A DNA stretch of 64,000 nucleotides. Origin: Eledone cirrhosa (taxonomy: Eukaryota). Below, piece by piece: positions 1-12,833 of the stretch. How positions within the stretch are numbered: position 1 is the stretch's first letter; the number at the start of each line of letters is the position of its first letter. The notes under the pieces are model-generated. The model did no database searches. It was not told the origin of the DNA and worked only from the letters and a program-made list of their open reading frames with translations. A program made the position numbers and the translations under genes. The DNA is taken from the NCBI GenBank assembly GCA_964016885.1, contig OZ024743.1, positions 63,612,001 through 63,676,000 on the forward strand. The letters are read 5' to 3'.

Positions 1-58
1 ATGTATATACATACATGTGTGTACATACTCATACGTATATATATATATATACAGACAT

Positions 59-102
<44 letters not shown>

Positions 103-201
103 TATGAAGAGAGAAGAAACATTTAGATATAATTAGTAATAAAATGTATCATACCTAAACTGTTCCTAAATTCCTCGACTACGTAGTTTCGTGGCATAAA
201 C

Positions 202-256
<55 letters not shown>

Positions 257-284
257 TATTTATACACACACACTATATTGACAA

Positions 285-545
285 GTCTTTTGCCTTGTCA
301 TAATCATCTGGCTTATTTGCTCTAACATTGGGAACTGCCCATGTAATGGGTTTATTTCCCATGTTTCACTCAGCTTCAGTATTAATTTCTGTTTGTTTAT
401 TCTTTAGTATTGTTTGATTTCTTTCCTCAATATATGTCCATCTACCATGTAACTGTATATAGATTACTAAATATATTTACCTCTTGTCTCTTGTATATTT
501 ACTTCTTTGCTGTAGAACATAATGATTTCTTTTCCTTTAGGTGCA
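285..545 (-). mobile_element. Highly degenerate R4/Dong-like retrotransposon remnant
   Basis: The minus strand reads ETWEINPLHGQFP, then RANKPDDYDK after a frameshift, resembling KWQEKPLYGKYPERANNPDVDK of the 17.3-18.0 kb element. Confidence 0.4.
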
Positions 546-706
546 AGGTCAACGTTTGTAGGTCTTCCATGCTTGCTGCAGCTGGCAAACTATTTATTCT
601 TTTTTTTAGTCTGTGGCATTCAAGACATTTAGAAGGAAAGAGAACAGGGCTCTGACTACGAGGTTCTTGTCATTGTTGGAGGATTCACATTACTAATGTA
701 CTAGAG

Positions 707-1064
707 CTGAGATTCTCAAACTTTTAGGGCCACCGCCCCCCTCACAGCCACGTAATAGCCTCAAAGACCCCCACCTTTATCTCCAGAGTGACCTGCCTAC
801 ACACAAAATGTAAATAATATATAATAAATAAAATCATTGATTGGTATATAATAAATAATATAACATATACTATGTATAAATAAATATTATATATTTTTTA
901 TTTTACTATATTTATATATAATATGTATCATTTGATATTTAATATACTATTATATCATCTCTACTCCCACCACTTCCCCCCACTGCCTCCATAGGCTACA
1001 GTGGTCCCCTGGACCTTCTCAATGCCCCCAGAGGGGGCGGTAGTACCCACTTTGAGAACCTCTT
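707..1064. mobile_element. hAT-type MITE
   Basis: TIRs ctgagattctcaaa / tttgagaacctctt, inverted subterminal accgccccc / gggggcggt, and a near-identical 8-bp TSD tactagag/aactagag. Confidence 0.7.
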
Positions 1065-2061
1065 AACTAGAGGATTCCTGTGAGGGTGTTTGGTTCTTGT
1101 AACATCTTAACCTCACTATCACCCATGCCAATACTCCCAAAACTATTAAAGAGAAACTCTAGTGCCCTTCGTTGTGGCATGTGATTGAGTGTGTCTTCTC
1201 CCACATATTTTTTTTTTATAGATTATGTTTATTTATATGCATTCAATGGTGGAATGGTTAAGAAGATAAGAAGTTTTGCTTTGAAATCTTAACCTCCAGT
1301 TTTTTTATTACACTTTCATGGAATCTTTGGCAAGTATCGTTTACCATAGCATAAATATATATATAAACTACATAATGCAATGGTTGTTGCCTGATGATAT
1401 TTGTTGCTCTAGAACTAGTGTAGATTTGGTTGTTATTCTAAGAGTGTTTGGGGAGTAGATCTAAAGGGCATTATCGATTTTATTTTATGTCTAGTATCAT
1501 ATATATCTGGTGAGTAAGGATGAGTGTAGGGTTATGGATTATATTTACTTGAGTTGTTTTAGTGTCGATTTTTTTCCATTTAAATTAGGTCAATTAACAG
1601 TCATAGCTATATATGTGTGTGTATTTCAGTCACACAATGGTCTTCATTTAAGATTTATTTAGCATGAAAATGTGGCATGTTTTCTTCAAAGCAACTATGC
1701 TTTGATCTGGGTTCAGTATGGTTACACTGCTTTAGTAGAAGAAAAAGCATTAAAATATTTGTTGTATTTATGTTTATGTTTATGCAATGGGCTTCATTTA
1801 AGACTTTATTTAGCATAGAAATATGGCATAGGGCTATTATGGAATGCTCCTATCATTTTCCTGACTTCTTTGAAAACTCGCTAGAATTCAGAATACTATA
1901 GCAGCAATGTTGTTTAATAGAATCAAGCAGAAATAAAATGTAGATGAAATATTATTAAAGAGAAATACAAATAGTAACAAAATTTAAATAATATAAAAGC
2001 AATTGCCTTATATGAGTGTAAAAGATTTCATTTAAACTATACCATTTATTATTATCATTGT

Positions 2062-2355
2062 TAGGGCAGTGGATTGTCTGTATTGGTAGAACATCAGACA
2101 CCATGCTTTAGAGTTATGTGCCTTTATGTTCTGAGTTCAAATCCCGCCAAGGTTAGCTTTGCCTTTCATCTTTACGGGGTCGATAAAATAAAGCACCAGT
2201 AACACACTGGGGTCGATTTCCCCTCCCTTCAAATTGCTGGCCTTGTGCCTAAAGTAGAAACAATTATTATTATAATTATAGTCGATAAAATAAAGCACCA
2301 GTAATGCACTGGGGCGATTTCTGGCATTGTGCCAAAAGTAGAAACATTATTATTA
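2062..2355 (+). mobile_element. tRNA-derived SINE family A plus a partial 3' copy
   Basis: B-box gttcaaatcc, central tttgcctttcatc..cggggtcgataaaataaag, 3' end gtagaaacaattatt; matches many copies in the window. Confidence 0.8.
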
Positions 2356-2699
2356 TAATTATATTTGCTACTGTTTACTTCAGATGTGTATTGCTTTGGC
2401 TGCCATAAGTTTCTTTCTTTCATTGTTTAAAACACACATATTGTAGCAGTCTCTTGATATTCTCTTGTTAATAAGTTAATAAAGTATCTACTTCACACTG
2501 TAGAGGGCGTAGCTTCTATTTTGCACCTTACAGGGAAGAAATTATTAAAAAAAAGATATTTTTGAATTCTTGGTTGAAGAAGCATCCATCAATAGATTCC
2601 TGATAACCATCAAAACTTAACCCCCACCAAACACAGGCACATTTGCAACAATACCAACTCCATATTCAGAAAGTTTTAAATCTCATGCTCAGTCTGTAA

Positions 2700-3850
2700 A
2701 GAATGCCTTCTCTCTTCTGTATGTGCTGACTGTTGAGACATTATGGTGGAGACTGGAGCTGTTGAAGTGTAAACCAAGACATGGAAGAGTTGCATTAGTA
2801 TATGCAGCTAGCATCACTATGATGGTGTTGAACACCTTAGAGGTGGTTATCACCTCATTAAAAGAGTACAAAATGCTGACAGAAGCAAGACCGATTTGGA
2901 CAACTTCGTGGGTTTGCAGCTTGGCACCTCAAGAAGAAAGTCTATGCTGTCTAGTTAGGTCTGGATCTCCAGATGGACAGGAACTGTGATGAAATAATGA
3001 GTCGGGTAGTCAGTCTCACCTAGAAATGAACTGAGAGGAAGCTATCCTGGATAGAAGTGGCAGATGCATATATCAGCTGTCATACATTACTGCCTGACCT
3101 TGCCCCAAATCTCGTCTAAGCAGATTGGAGCATCTTCTTTTTCATTTCTTATGGCTACACGGCATCTGGAATTTTGTCAGGTGCTTACAGCCCTCTATCA
3201 GTTGAGCAACACTGTAGGTGGAAATTCCCCATTAGCTTTCCATAGAAGACTGGTGGTGGGTAAAAGAGATGACATTCTTAGGGGAATTTTTGGCATTAGC
3301 CATAATGAACTGACTACTTTGTTCTGGGGGGCTTTCAACCCAAGGATTATGGGTAATTTACAGAAATCTCTGGCCTATCAGTGCTACTGGGGAGCACTGC
3401 TGGTTTGAAATAAATTCTACAAGCACAGAAGTGCTGTCAGACAGATTTGTTCAAGATGTGCACTATTCTGCATGAAACTTATTCAGTGTCTGTGATCATT
3501 GCTGACTTGTGAGGTTTTGCCAAACAGCTGTTGATGTATGAAGGATGGATTCAACTGTCAGTCAAAACCATCATGAAGATTACCTTGCCACCTTCTTTTG
3601 CCCAGGAAGGATAGGCAATTTTCCTCTCTTGTGGCTGGGGAACAAGAAATTGTGTGTTGAACAAGGCTGAAAGGACTGAAGACAAATATATTAATAGTCC
3701 CACATGGAAAGGAAGGTAAGGCCTCCCAGTATATTTGTTAAAAGGTGGATGAATGCAGCAAGATTGGCCTGAGTGAATGGCTTACTCTAAGCATGTGCCT
3801 GTAGGCTGGAGAGAATAGAAGAGAGAGGAGTCCTTGCTTATTGAGCCCTT
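2700..3850 (+). mobile_element. Degenerate Tx1-family ORF2 3' fragment
   Basis: Translation LEFCQVLTALYQ...GKRDDILRG...MGNLQKSLAYQCYWGAL matches the ORF2 C-terminus at 23.1-23.4 kb. Confidence 0.8.
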
Positions 3851-3882
3851 GGTGATCAAGGTGTTCAGGATGATCTCAGATT

Positions 3883-4098
3883 TGTATGTACATATGTATG
3901 TATGTATGTACATATGTATGTATGTATGTATGAATGTATGTATGTATGTACATATGTATGTACATATGTATGTATGTACATATGTATGTACATGTGTATG
4001 TACATGTGTATGTACATGTATATGTACATATGTATGTATGGATGTCTGTATGTATGAATGTACATATGTATGTATGTACATATGTATGCATGTATGTT
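3883..4098. repeat. (TATG/TACA)n compound microsatellite
   Basis: Directly visible. Confidence 0.95.
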
Positions 4099-4160
4099 AT
4101 AAAGCAATAATTTCTCTCTTCATTATATTTCCACTATTTATATTTCCACTTTTTCCACTA

Positions 4161-4360
4161 CGGTGGATTGGCAGTATCAGTAGAGGGTCGGACGCCATGC
4201 TTTGACGTATAGAGTTACGGCCCTTGCCATTCTGAGTTCAAATCCCTCCGAGGTTAACTTTGCCTTTCATCCTTACGGGGTCGATAAAATAAAGTACCAG
4301 TAATGCTCTGGGTAATTGCTGGCCTTGTGCCAAACGTAGAAACAATTATATTTCCACTTT
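4161..4360 (+). mobile_element. SINE family A with TSD
   Basis: Full consensus; flanking direct repeat attatatttccact. Confidence 0.88.
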
Positions 4361-4424
4361 AAAATGTCTTCTACCTTCATTGGCCCAGTTTCTATCTAAT
4401 AGCCAGTAACACATCACTCTAACA

Positions 4425-4740
4425 ATGTCTCTCTATTTTTCCATCTCCATTTTTATCCCTCTCTCTACATCACTGTCACTCTCTCTTTCCCTCTTTATCA
4501 CCCCCTCTCTCTTTCTCCTCCATCTCTCCACCCCCTCTCTCTCTTTCTCTCTCCCACCTCCTCTTTTTTTTTATCTCACTTCCTCTCTCTGTTTCTCTGT
4601 TTCTCCCTTTACCTTCCTCTTTCTTTCTCTCATCTGCTCTCTCTCTCTCTCTCTCTTGCTCTCTCTCTGTCACACACAAACACACTATCTCTTTCTCTCT
4701 CCTCCTCCATCACTCTTTTTCTTCCCTGCTCTTTCTGGCC
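4425..4740. repeat. Degenerate (CT)n polypyrimidine tract
   Basis: Directly visible. Confidence 0.85.
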
Positions 4741-4924
4741 ACTCCCTATATTCTCTGTTTAGTGAGAAACTGCCTGGAAATACAATGGATGGACTATGTA
4801 GTTCAAAGAACTAATTCCATATATTCTCAGTCTCCCCCCCACTTCATATTAATTTTTCAGGTTTTTTTCAAAACTGCCACACACTTATGCCCCCCCCCTC
4901 CCAGTTATTAAATTTTGCTAATCT

Positions 4925-5100
4925 ATCCTCTCCTTCTTTCCCCCCTTATTCCTATTCCTGAGAGGGTTGTGGGGCAGAGTCCTCAAACACTCCTTCCAGC
5001 AGGTTCTGTCAGAAGCAACTGCCTCCAGCTGATCCAGCTGGATCCCCAAGTGAGACCAGCCAACCTTGTGGATGTTATCCAACCATCTTGCTTGGGGTCT
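4925..5100 (-). mobile_element. RTE-clade LINE 3' end fragment
   Basis: RPQARWLDNI...DRTCWKECL; same family as 15.5-16.0 kb and 52.35-52.53 kb. Confidence 0.7.
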
Positions 5101-5520
5101 CAAAACCTCTACATAATACTCTTTGTTGACTGTCTGGCCGTGGGAGACCCAGTGGGTGTAGATGATGCCCTTGCTGTCGATGAATGGGATCATCATGAGC
5201 TTCCCAGTGGACCTGCTTTGCCTGGCCTTCTTGGGTCTTGGGGAGTCAGAATATTTCCACTAGGCACTCTGTCTTTTGGTCTCTGGATCATAACAGTAGA
5301 CCCAGCTCTCATCACAGATTACCAGAGACTCAAGGACAATTGGATTTGAGGTGATCCACATGACCATCTCGCTTCTGTGATCAATGCACCTCTGCTTTTG
5401 ATCTTCATTGAGCACCCACAGAACAGAACAAACTTTGCACAAACTTTGCTCATGTTCAGAACGTCATGAATGACTCTGTGCACAGTGCCTTCAGCCACTT
5501 CAAACAGTTTAGCAATTGTC
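5101..5520 (-). mobile_element. Mariner transposase pseudogene fragment
   Basis: LVICDESWVYCYDPETKRQS, then KLMMIPFIDSKGIIYTHW..GQTVNKEYYVEVL (first catalytic D region). Confidence 0.85.
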
Positions 5521-6005
5521 AGAAGAGACTATGGTCTTTGTTATTTTGTGTATCATTGAATGTTGATTGGGCGATCTCAGTTATATCAAATCTTGTTGCA
5601 TTTTGTACAATGAGATATCAATGAATTCTTAAATTGTACACATCTCTCTCTCTCTATATATATATCATAAAAACGTCTATAGAATCACCAGATAAAATAT
5701 ATACCGTTTCCTCTCCCAATTAGCATAATTAACCATATAAAAAATCGATTAGACCAAGCTATAAGAATAAAGGCTTCTATGAAGAAATCTCCGACAAATA
5801 ACCGAAAGCAGCCCTTCGCGGCGGTTGCGACAGAGTATTTATTGAGTATTTCGACAGCGTGTATAAATCAACCAGATAGTCAACCAAACAGAATTAGGTG
5901 TAAAATAAACTAGGAGAAAAGTGAACATATTTAGTTACTTCTACCATGGTTTCGTCCGCATTTTAAGATATCCGATAACATTGGACATATATATATATAT
6001 ATATA

Positions 6006-6563
6006 CAGGGTGGTCCAAAAAGTTGTATCCATTTTATTATTGCTATCATTTCTAAGACTGTGATTTATCAGCAGGATGGAGCAACACTGCATTGTTCCAA
6101 TGCTTCACTCGAATACCTTCATCGTTACTTCCCTGAAGACAGGCTCATCTCCCATCGTACGGACCACCCTTGGCCTGCACATTCTCCTGACCTATACCCT
6201 TTGGATTATTTTCTGTGGGGATTCCTAAAAGTCAGGGTCTATGCTAACAATCCCCAAACTACTGATGCGCTCAAGAATAACATTCGAACAGAGATCAGGA
6301 GAATTCCCCATGACATGTTGGACAGGGTCATTACAAACTTCAATGTGCGAGTAGCCACAGTGATTCAGTGCCAAGGAGCTTGGAGCGAGCACATTATAAA
6401 CTATTGAGCTGTGCTCGCAAAATGGTGGTATGCGAGGAAAAAACTTACACCACACAAAACTTACATGTCTGTAAGACAGGTCTATGAAAAAAATTGTAAA
6501 GTTTTCCTTTCAATAGAAAATGCTACTGTATCAAAAATAGATACATCTTTTTGGACCACCCTG
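6006..6563 (+). mobile_element. Internally deleted Tc1/mariner element of rosa/DD41D type
   Basis: TIRs cagggtggtccaaaaag..gtatc / gatacatctttttggaccaccctg at TA; ORF 6060-6407 QQDGATLH...WPAHSPDLYPLDYFLWG. Confidence 0.9.
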
Positions 6564-7162
6564 TGTATATATATTCATTTTTATCTCTCTATACAACAAC
6601 AACAAGCATTTAAAGGTCATATTCCTCACTAAAGAAAAAGTCAATCTTACGAGTCCTGTGACATGGTGTCCTTTTTGAGGCAACAATTTACAGCCAGATG
6701 CACTTCCTAGTCCCAACCCTTTTAGTCACCTCCTACAACACCCAGTCATTCTAAACTGAATACATTCAGTAACCATTTTCGTCTCTCTATATAAACATAT
6801 TGATATTTCTCTGGATTAGAGGAATGATAGAAGTGAATATGGGCAGCCATTTTCCTCTGCCAAGTAAATTAAGGCAATGGAAAATAAAATGTCAAGCCAG
6901 CAACATAACAAAATAGCCACAGTAGACAGTCAGTAATTTATTGACCATCAGTTAGTTAACCATCCAATACTTTATCTTCTCAGTCATTTTTACATGTGGT
7001 TGATGTATATATAGTCATTGATGATTTATAGAATATATATATTATTAAAAACTAATTATATGTGTATAGTTGTGTACATACAAATCAATATCATGAGAAA
7101 CACACATACACATATGTCCAACTTATGCTACAATGGCACAGCAGTCGTTAAATGATGGTGAT

Positions 7163-7180
7163 GATATATATATATATATA

Positions 7181-7272
<92 letters not shown>

Positions 7273-7438
7273 CATACATACGTGTGTGTGTATATGTGTG
7301 TGTATGTGTGCGTATATATATATATTCATACACACATATACATATATATATAAGTATAGCTATATATAAATATATATATTTGGTGAGTAATATTAAATAT
7401 TACCCAGTTACATTGTACATATATATATATATATATAT
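7163..7438. repeat. (TA)n/(TG)n microsatellite
   Basis: Directly visible. Confidence 0.95.
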
Positions 7439-8391
7439 GAATGAAAAACGGCGAGCTGTGTTGTTGCAAATAGGATACATATAATAAATGAAGAATTAGA
7501 AATAGAAGCCAGGAATATCCGTCATCAGTGGTCTACTAGACATCATAGGTATTTCTTTGTATTACAGACCATATACCTCAGGCTAGGGTGATACAATAAC
7601 TAAATTAAGTTATTGGGATAAAAAGAGTTGGGTGGAGAAAGAGAGACAGGTAAACAAACATGAATGGTGAGGCAACGTAAAGAGAGGAAAACATGAGAAA
7701 ATCAAGTCAATGATTCATTTTGAACATAAGAACTTGTGAATATTGACGAGAAGGCAAGACACATCTTGGCAGTGCGAATGGGAGCGAGGAAAGAATCTCG
7801 TACAGTGTGGGATGATGGAGGAAGTGAGAGAGAGGGTGAGTAGCAGAGAGTGAGTGAGTGAAAGTGTGAGGAAGAGGCTAGCCGAGAGAGGGTGACTAGC
7901 AGAGGGGGTGAGTGAAAGTAAGGGGGAGAAGGAGAGAGAAAGAGGATAGCAGTAAGGGAAGAGAAAAAGACAGGTCACAGCGAAGAGGAAAGCATATATC
8001 AATGAAAAATGGCGAGCTGTGTTGTTGCAAATGGGATATATATAATAAATGAAAAATTAGAAATAGAAGCCAGGAATATCCGTCATCAGTGGTCTACTAG
8101 CCACCATAGGTATTTCTTTGCATTACAGACCATATACGTCAAGCTAGGGCGATACAATAACTAAATTAAGTTATTGGGATATCCTCTCTTTACGTTGCCT
8201 CACCATTCGTGTTTGTTTACCTGTCTCTCTTTTTCCACCCAACTCTTTTTATCCCAATAACTTAATTTAGTTATTGTATCACCCTAGCCTGAGGTATATG
8301 GTCTGTAATACAAAGAAATACCTATGATGTCTAGTAGACCACTGATGACGGATATTCCTGGCTTCTATTTCTAATTCTTCATTTATTATAT
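7439..8391. mobile_element. Penelope-like pLTR structure (direct repeat plus inverted copy)
   Basis: 7439-7620 is repeated at 8002-8181; 8182-8391 is the reverse complement of ~7479-7688; flanked by TA runs. Confidence 0.6.
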
Positions 8392-8405
8392 ACTGTATAT
8401 ATATA

Positions 8406-8740
8406 TCATCATTTCATCATCATTTAATTTTACGTCCGCTTTTCCCTGCTTGCAAGGGTGGGACGGGAACTGATTCTGGCTTGATTTCTACAGCTGGATG
8501 TCCTTCCTAACACCAACCTCATTTACAGTGAGTGATGGGTGGTTTTTTTGCCGTGGCACCTCCACAACCACTTTGCAGTGGAATGATATGGACCCCAGTC
8601 CTATCATCTCATTTCTACAGCTGAGTAAACTGGAGCAATGTGAAATAAAGTGTCTTGCTCAAGGAAACAACACATCACCCGGTCTGAGAATTGAACTCAC
8701 AACCTTTCGATTGCAAGCCCAATGCTCTAACCACTAAGCC

Positions 8741-8742
<2 letters not shown>
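8406..8742 (-). mobile_element. SINE family B (tRNA head + CORE-like domain + RTE 3' tail)
   Basis: Minus strand has A/B boxes (tggcttagtgg, gttcaattc), ccttgagcaagacacttta, an RTE-UTR-like tail and a (TGA)n end. Confidence 0.88.
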
Positions 8743-8772
<30 letters not shown>

Positions 8773-9077
8773 GTATATATATATATATACATATACACAT
8801 GCATATATAGATAAGATGATACTAATTGAAACTAATAAGATCATTATTCAATTTTGTACTCCATACTTTAAGGGAAACAGAGTGTAATTGAGAGAGAGGG
8901 AGAGGGTGGGTGGAGAGAGGGAGAGAGAGAGATAGACAGCTAATAGAGACAGAGATAGACAAATAGTTTGGTAGTCTATGCATATGTACCTAGGTATACA
9001 ATGACATGACATGTTCACAGTTTGGTCTGGAATTAAATAAAGGGAGCCATTGATTATTTTTCTAGTTTTTGTTATTA

Positions 9078-9285
9078 TCAGTGTGTGTGTGTATGTGTGT
9101 GCATGCGTGTGTGGGTGAATGTATGTGTATTGCAAACATGTCTGTGTTGCATGTGTATGTATGTGTTTGCATTTGTGCATATGTGTTTGTGTGCGTGTAT
9201 GCATGCGTGCATGTATGTGTGTGTATGTGTGTTGCATATAAGTGTGTGTGTATGTGCATGTAAGTGTGTATGTATGTGTACGTGA
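9078..9285. repeat. Degenerate (TG/TATG)n
   Basis: Directly visible. Confidence 0.9.
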
Positions 9286-9484
9286 AACCATGAAGTAATA
9301 ACAGCTGTATTTGTGTGTTGCTCTCTATAAAATACATAAAAAGTAAACTTCCAACATGGCAAGTCCTATTCAGTTTGTTAGTGTATCTAGAATAGCACTA
9401 ACCAAACTTCATCTTAAACATTGACACAGAAACATAAGCCAACACTACACATAAGCAAACATGTCAATGACAGAACCTCTACTG

Positions 9485-10349
9485 TAGTGGTTCCCAAACT
9501 TTTACTACCAAGGACCCCTTTTATATAACCATATTTCTAATGAATACCTATAATTTTCAAATAATTTTGAAGTAATGTAAGTGTGAGAGAAAGGCAGAAC
9601 TTGGACGAGCTGAGGGAGAAGCTGAGTTTAAGAGGAATCCAAGGTGGTGTGCAGGAGAGAAGACTGTGTTAATACGGACATGTGATACGCATGGATGATG
9701 ATCACTGGGTGAAAAAGCATGTGCCAGGAAATGCTAGTGGATAGAAGCTGCAGTAGAAGCAGACCAAGAAAGATCTGGGCAGAAGGGGTGAAAGTTGACC
9801 TCAAGTCACTGAGACTCACAGAGGAGATGACGAAGGAACATGGCAAGTGGAGAGATGCTGTGCTGAGAAGGACCTGTTTGACTCATGCAATCATGGAAAA
9901 ATGAATGTAAAAATGATAATTATGATCATAATCATGAATTTGGGGTGATTTAATAAAATTAACTTTGTCAATTTTTAAGTTAGTTTTTGGAATATAACTT
10001 AACAGAGGTTCCTTCATAAAATTATGATGCAAGGTTTTTACATAAATACAAAGACTTTAAAACAAATAATTTTGTAACATAGATCTAAGGCCAGTTCCAG
10101 GCAGTTGGCATCAAAAAGGTTAACTGAAATTTCCCAGGAACTTCAAGTTTTTGAAGCACATCCTCAACTATAATACACTCCCCTCTCAAATTGTTATACT
10201 GTGAGAAAAATAATTGAAAAGAGGGAACAAATTATACTTAGAGAAGAATGGATACCTATTAGTGTGTATATATTATGTTTTTAACAGAGTATTTGGAAAT
10301 TTGCTAATGGACACCCAAGGGTCTCTGAACTCCAGACTAGAAACCACTG
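9485..10349. mobile_element. Probable hAT MITE with nested insertions
   Basis: Ends tagtggttcccaaac / ctagaaaccactg with ggaccc/gggtc subterminal motifs; no clean TSD. Confidence 0.4.
9575..9935 (+). mobile_element. RTE LINE 3' fragment
   Basis: ELREKLSLRGI...RPRKIWAE..DL; similar to 25.1-25.5 kb and the RTE C-terminus at 61 kb. Confidence 0.8.
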
Positions 10350-10768
10350 TTATATGTGCTCACTCAACCTATCATCTAAGAAAAGGACATGCATGATATG
10401 CTCTTAGATTTCATTCATACAGGAAATAGATGGAGGTGTCATGGCGTCCAGCCCTCTACCGATACTGCCAATTCACCACCCTAGCACACATTAAATAATG
10501 TAGCTCTACATACCCCAAACAGCTGAAATAGTCACATTTGGAAAGCTTTTTTATTGCAGGTCAGCTTGACCAGGGTTAATCTGAAGATAAATATCAAAAA
10601 CGATGATGACAACAAGAACAAAGATAACAACAACAACAACAACAACAATAGCCTTTACACAATGTAATACAAACAGCTGTGTGAAACTAATCAAAATTCA
10701 CTTTTTAAAAAAAGCAGGTCACCATAATTTTATTTTCAACCACCTGTGCCACCACTAGCACCACCATC

Positions 10769-10802
<34 letters not shown>

Positions 10803-11249
10803 ACAATGTCATTATCATCATCATTGTATTACAGGTTTTGACATTGTCTTTTATTTCTGATTGCCACGAAACAATAAACAAACATTGATTAGAAATTAAT
10901 TATTCTGAATCATGCATGAATGAGTTTTATCATTAACCATTCCTTCTCTTAATTAAAGTGCTTGTAATTAAACATAGTATCACTAATAGCTTTGGAAATG
11001 AGATGTTGCGACATTTCAACCTTTCCAGATGCAAATTTAGAAAATATGGCTACTATTTCTCCAATGGTGCACCAAATGGCTTTACTATTAAGATGCCATA
11101 CCTTTGACCCCTGATGTACCAAATGGTTTAGGTGTTGATATATTTATATTTGCAATTGTGTGGAGTGTTGTACCACAATGGTAAACTTCCATTAGCAGGT
11201 CTGCAGCAGAAATTCATTTCTTGATTAAGAATTTCAGTTTAATTTACTT

Positions 11250-11800
11250 GTAAAGTGTTCATACTGCTGTCATGATAAAATATACCCAGTACACTTTGTA
11301 AAGTGGTAGTGTTGTTGTCATGATAAAATACACCCAGTACACTCTGTAAAGTGGTAGTGTTGTTGTCACAATAAAATACATGCAGTACACTCTCGTTCCA
11401 CAATAAAATCCACACAATCCACACTGTGAAGGGTTTGTATTATTGTCATGAGAAAATGTACCCAGTACACTTTGTAAAGTGATAGTGTTGTTGTTAAAAT
11501 AAAATATATCCAGTACATTCTTGTTCCACAATAAAATACACACAGTACATACTGTAAAGTGTTAGTGCTGGTGCTGAAATAAAATACATACACCCAGTAC
11601 ACTCTGTAAAGTGGTAATGTTGGTGACACAATAAAATGCACCATTACACTCTGTAGGCTGATGCCTAAATAAAATACACTCAGTACACTCTATAAAACAG
11701 TAGTGCTGGTGTCACAAAAATGCACCTAGTATACTTCAAAAAGTAGTAGTGTAGTAGTGCTGCTGTCACAATAAAATGCATCTAGTAGATTCTGTAAGGT
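11250..11800. repeat. Minisatellite, ~50-bp unit
   Basis: Repeated cacccagtacactctgtaaagtggtagtgttgttgtcacaataaaata. Confidence 0.85.
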
Positions 11801-12384
11801 GATTGGAAATAGGAAATATATACATACCAAAATGGAGCTTATAAGCATGGCATGGTTCCCAGACCCATCTAGTCACAGAATGTACATTGTAAACAGATGT
11901 AAAACAAAGATGATGATGATGATGTACTTGAAATGTTTTTTTGCTATACTCAATATTCTGTAGTCAGATTGGATCTTTATTTGATGACAAAAGTCTTCAG
12001 TAATGGATTTGGTATATTTCTTAGTCAATAATTTGAACCCCATTGGACAGAAATAGCTGTTTTATCAACAATGGTGGCTTAAGCCTCTTGATGCCAAACA
12101 ACCTGAAAATGCCTCTGGTTCTACAATAGAGAAATGTTTATTTTAAAGTGTTTATATTTATCTAAAAAAAACACCTTTGATCATAATTTTATGTAAGAAC
12201 TTTGTTGATTTATGCTTCAAATACCAACTTAATTAGTAAGTTAGTTACATGGCTAAATCCCCCCAAATCTCTTGATTATTTTACAAATGATTTGAAAAGC
12301 ATACACAGTATCTTTTATTAGAAAGATGGCAACAAAAGATTGATATCTATAAACATATGAACTATATGAATGAGAGAACTAAAG

Positions 12385-12833
12385 TTAAACCTTTTGTGGC
12401 CATATTTCTAATGAAATATATTCTATTTCAATTAATTAATGAATAATTTTGAAGAATTTACTAAAATTATTTATTTCATTACTAACTAAAATAGTAACAA
12501 GACATACAGCTCTTATATAAAATTATGTTGGAAGATTCTAATTCAAATAAGAGCCCTTTAACCCTTTAGCATTTACATTACTCTATATGTACTATTGTAT
12601 TTTCGTGGTAAAGGCTTTATCTCACATACTATTGAGTCTCTGAGATTTTGATATTTATTTTGAGAACAATAACTTAACATAAGGATGAGCGGCCGGTTAC
12701 AGCCAGCTTTAACAGAAAGTGGTGAGAGAATACTGGTTGGATATCGTCGGTTTAAATGCTAAAGCATTAAATGGGTAATTTTGTTTCATATAACAAGAGC
12801 TGAATTTTGGCTTGGTTGATATCAAAAGAGTTA
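12385..12833. mobile_element. TTAA-flanked (piggyBac-type) MITE, multi-copy in the window
   Basis: Ends ttaaacctttt / atcaaaagagttaa; related copies near 9.95-10.1, 12.1-12.3, 30.3-31.0, 42.0-42.7 and 46.1-46.7 kb. Confidence 0.55.
12562..12766. mobile_element. Small piggyBac-type MITE nested in the larger MITE
   Basis: TTAA on both sides; TIR ccctttagcattta / taaatgctaaagca; second copy at ~54637-54850. Confidence 0.75.

Noticed and set aside
4915-5349. 144-aa plus-strand ORF
   Set aside because: It is the antisense of adjoining RTE and mariner fragments.
8335-8391. Hammerhead in the 7.4-8.4 kb element (ctgatgacggata)
   Set aside because: A CUGAUGA core is present but I could not find a correctly placed GAAA, stem III and cleavage triplet.
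8670-8742. tRNA genes at SINE heads
   Set aside because: A/B boxes are present but fused to SINE bodies, with no complete cloverleaf evident.
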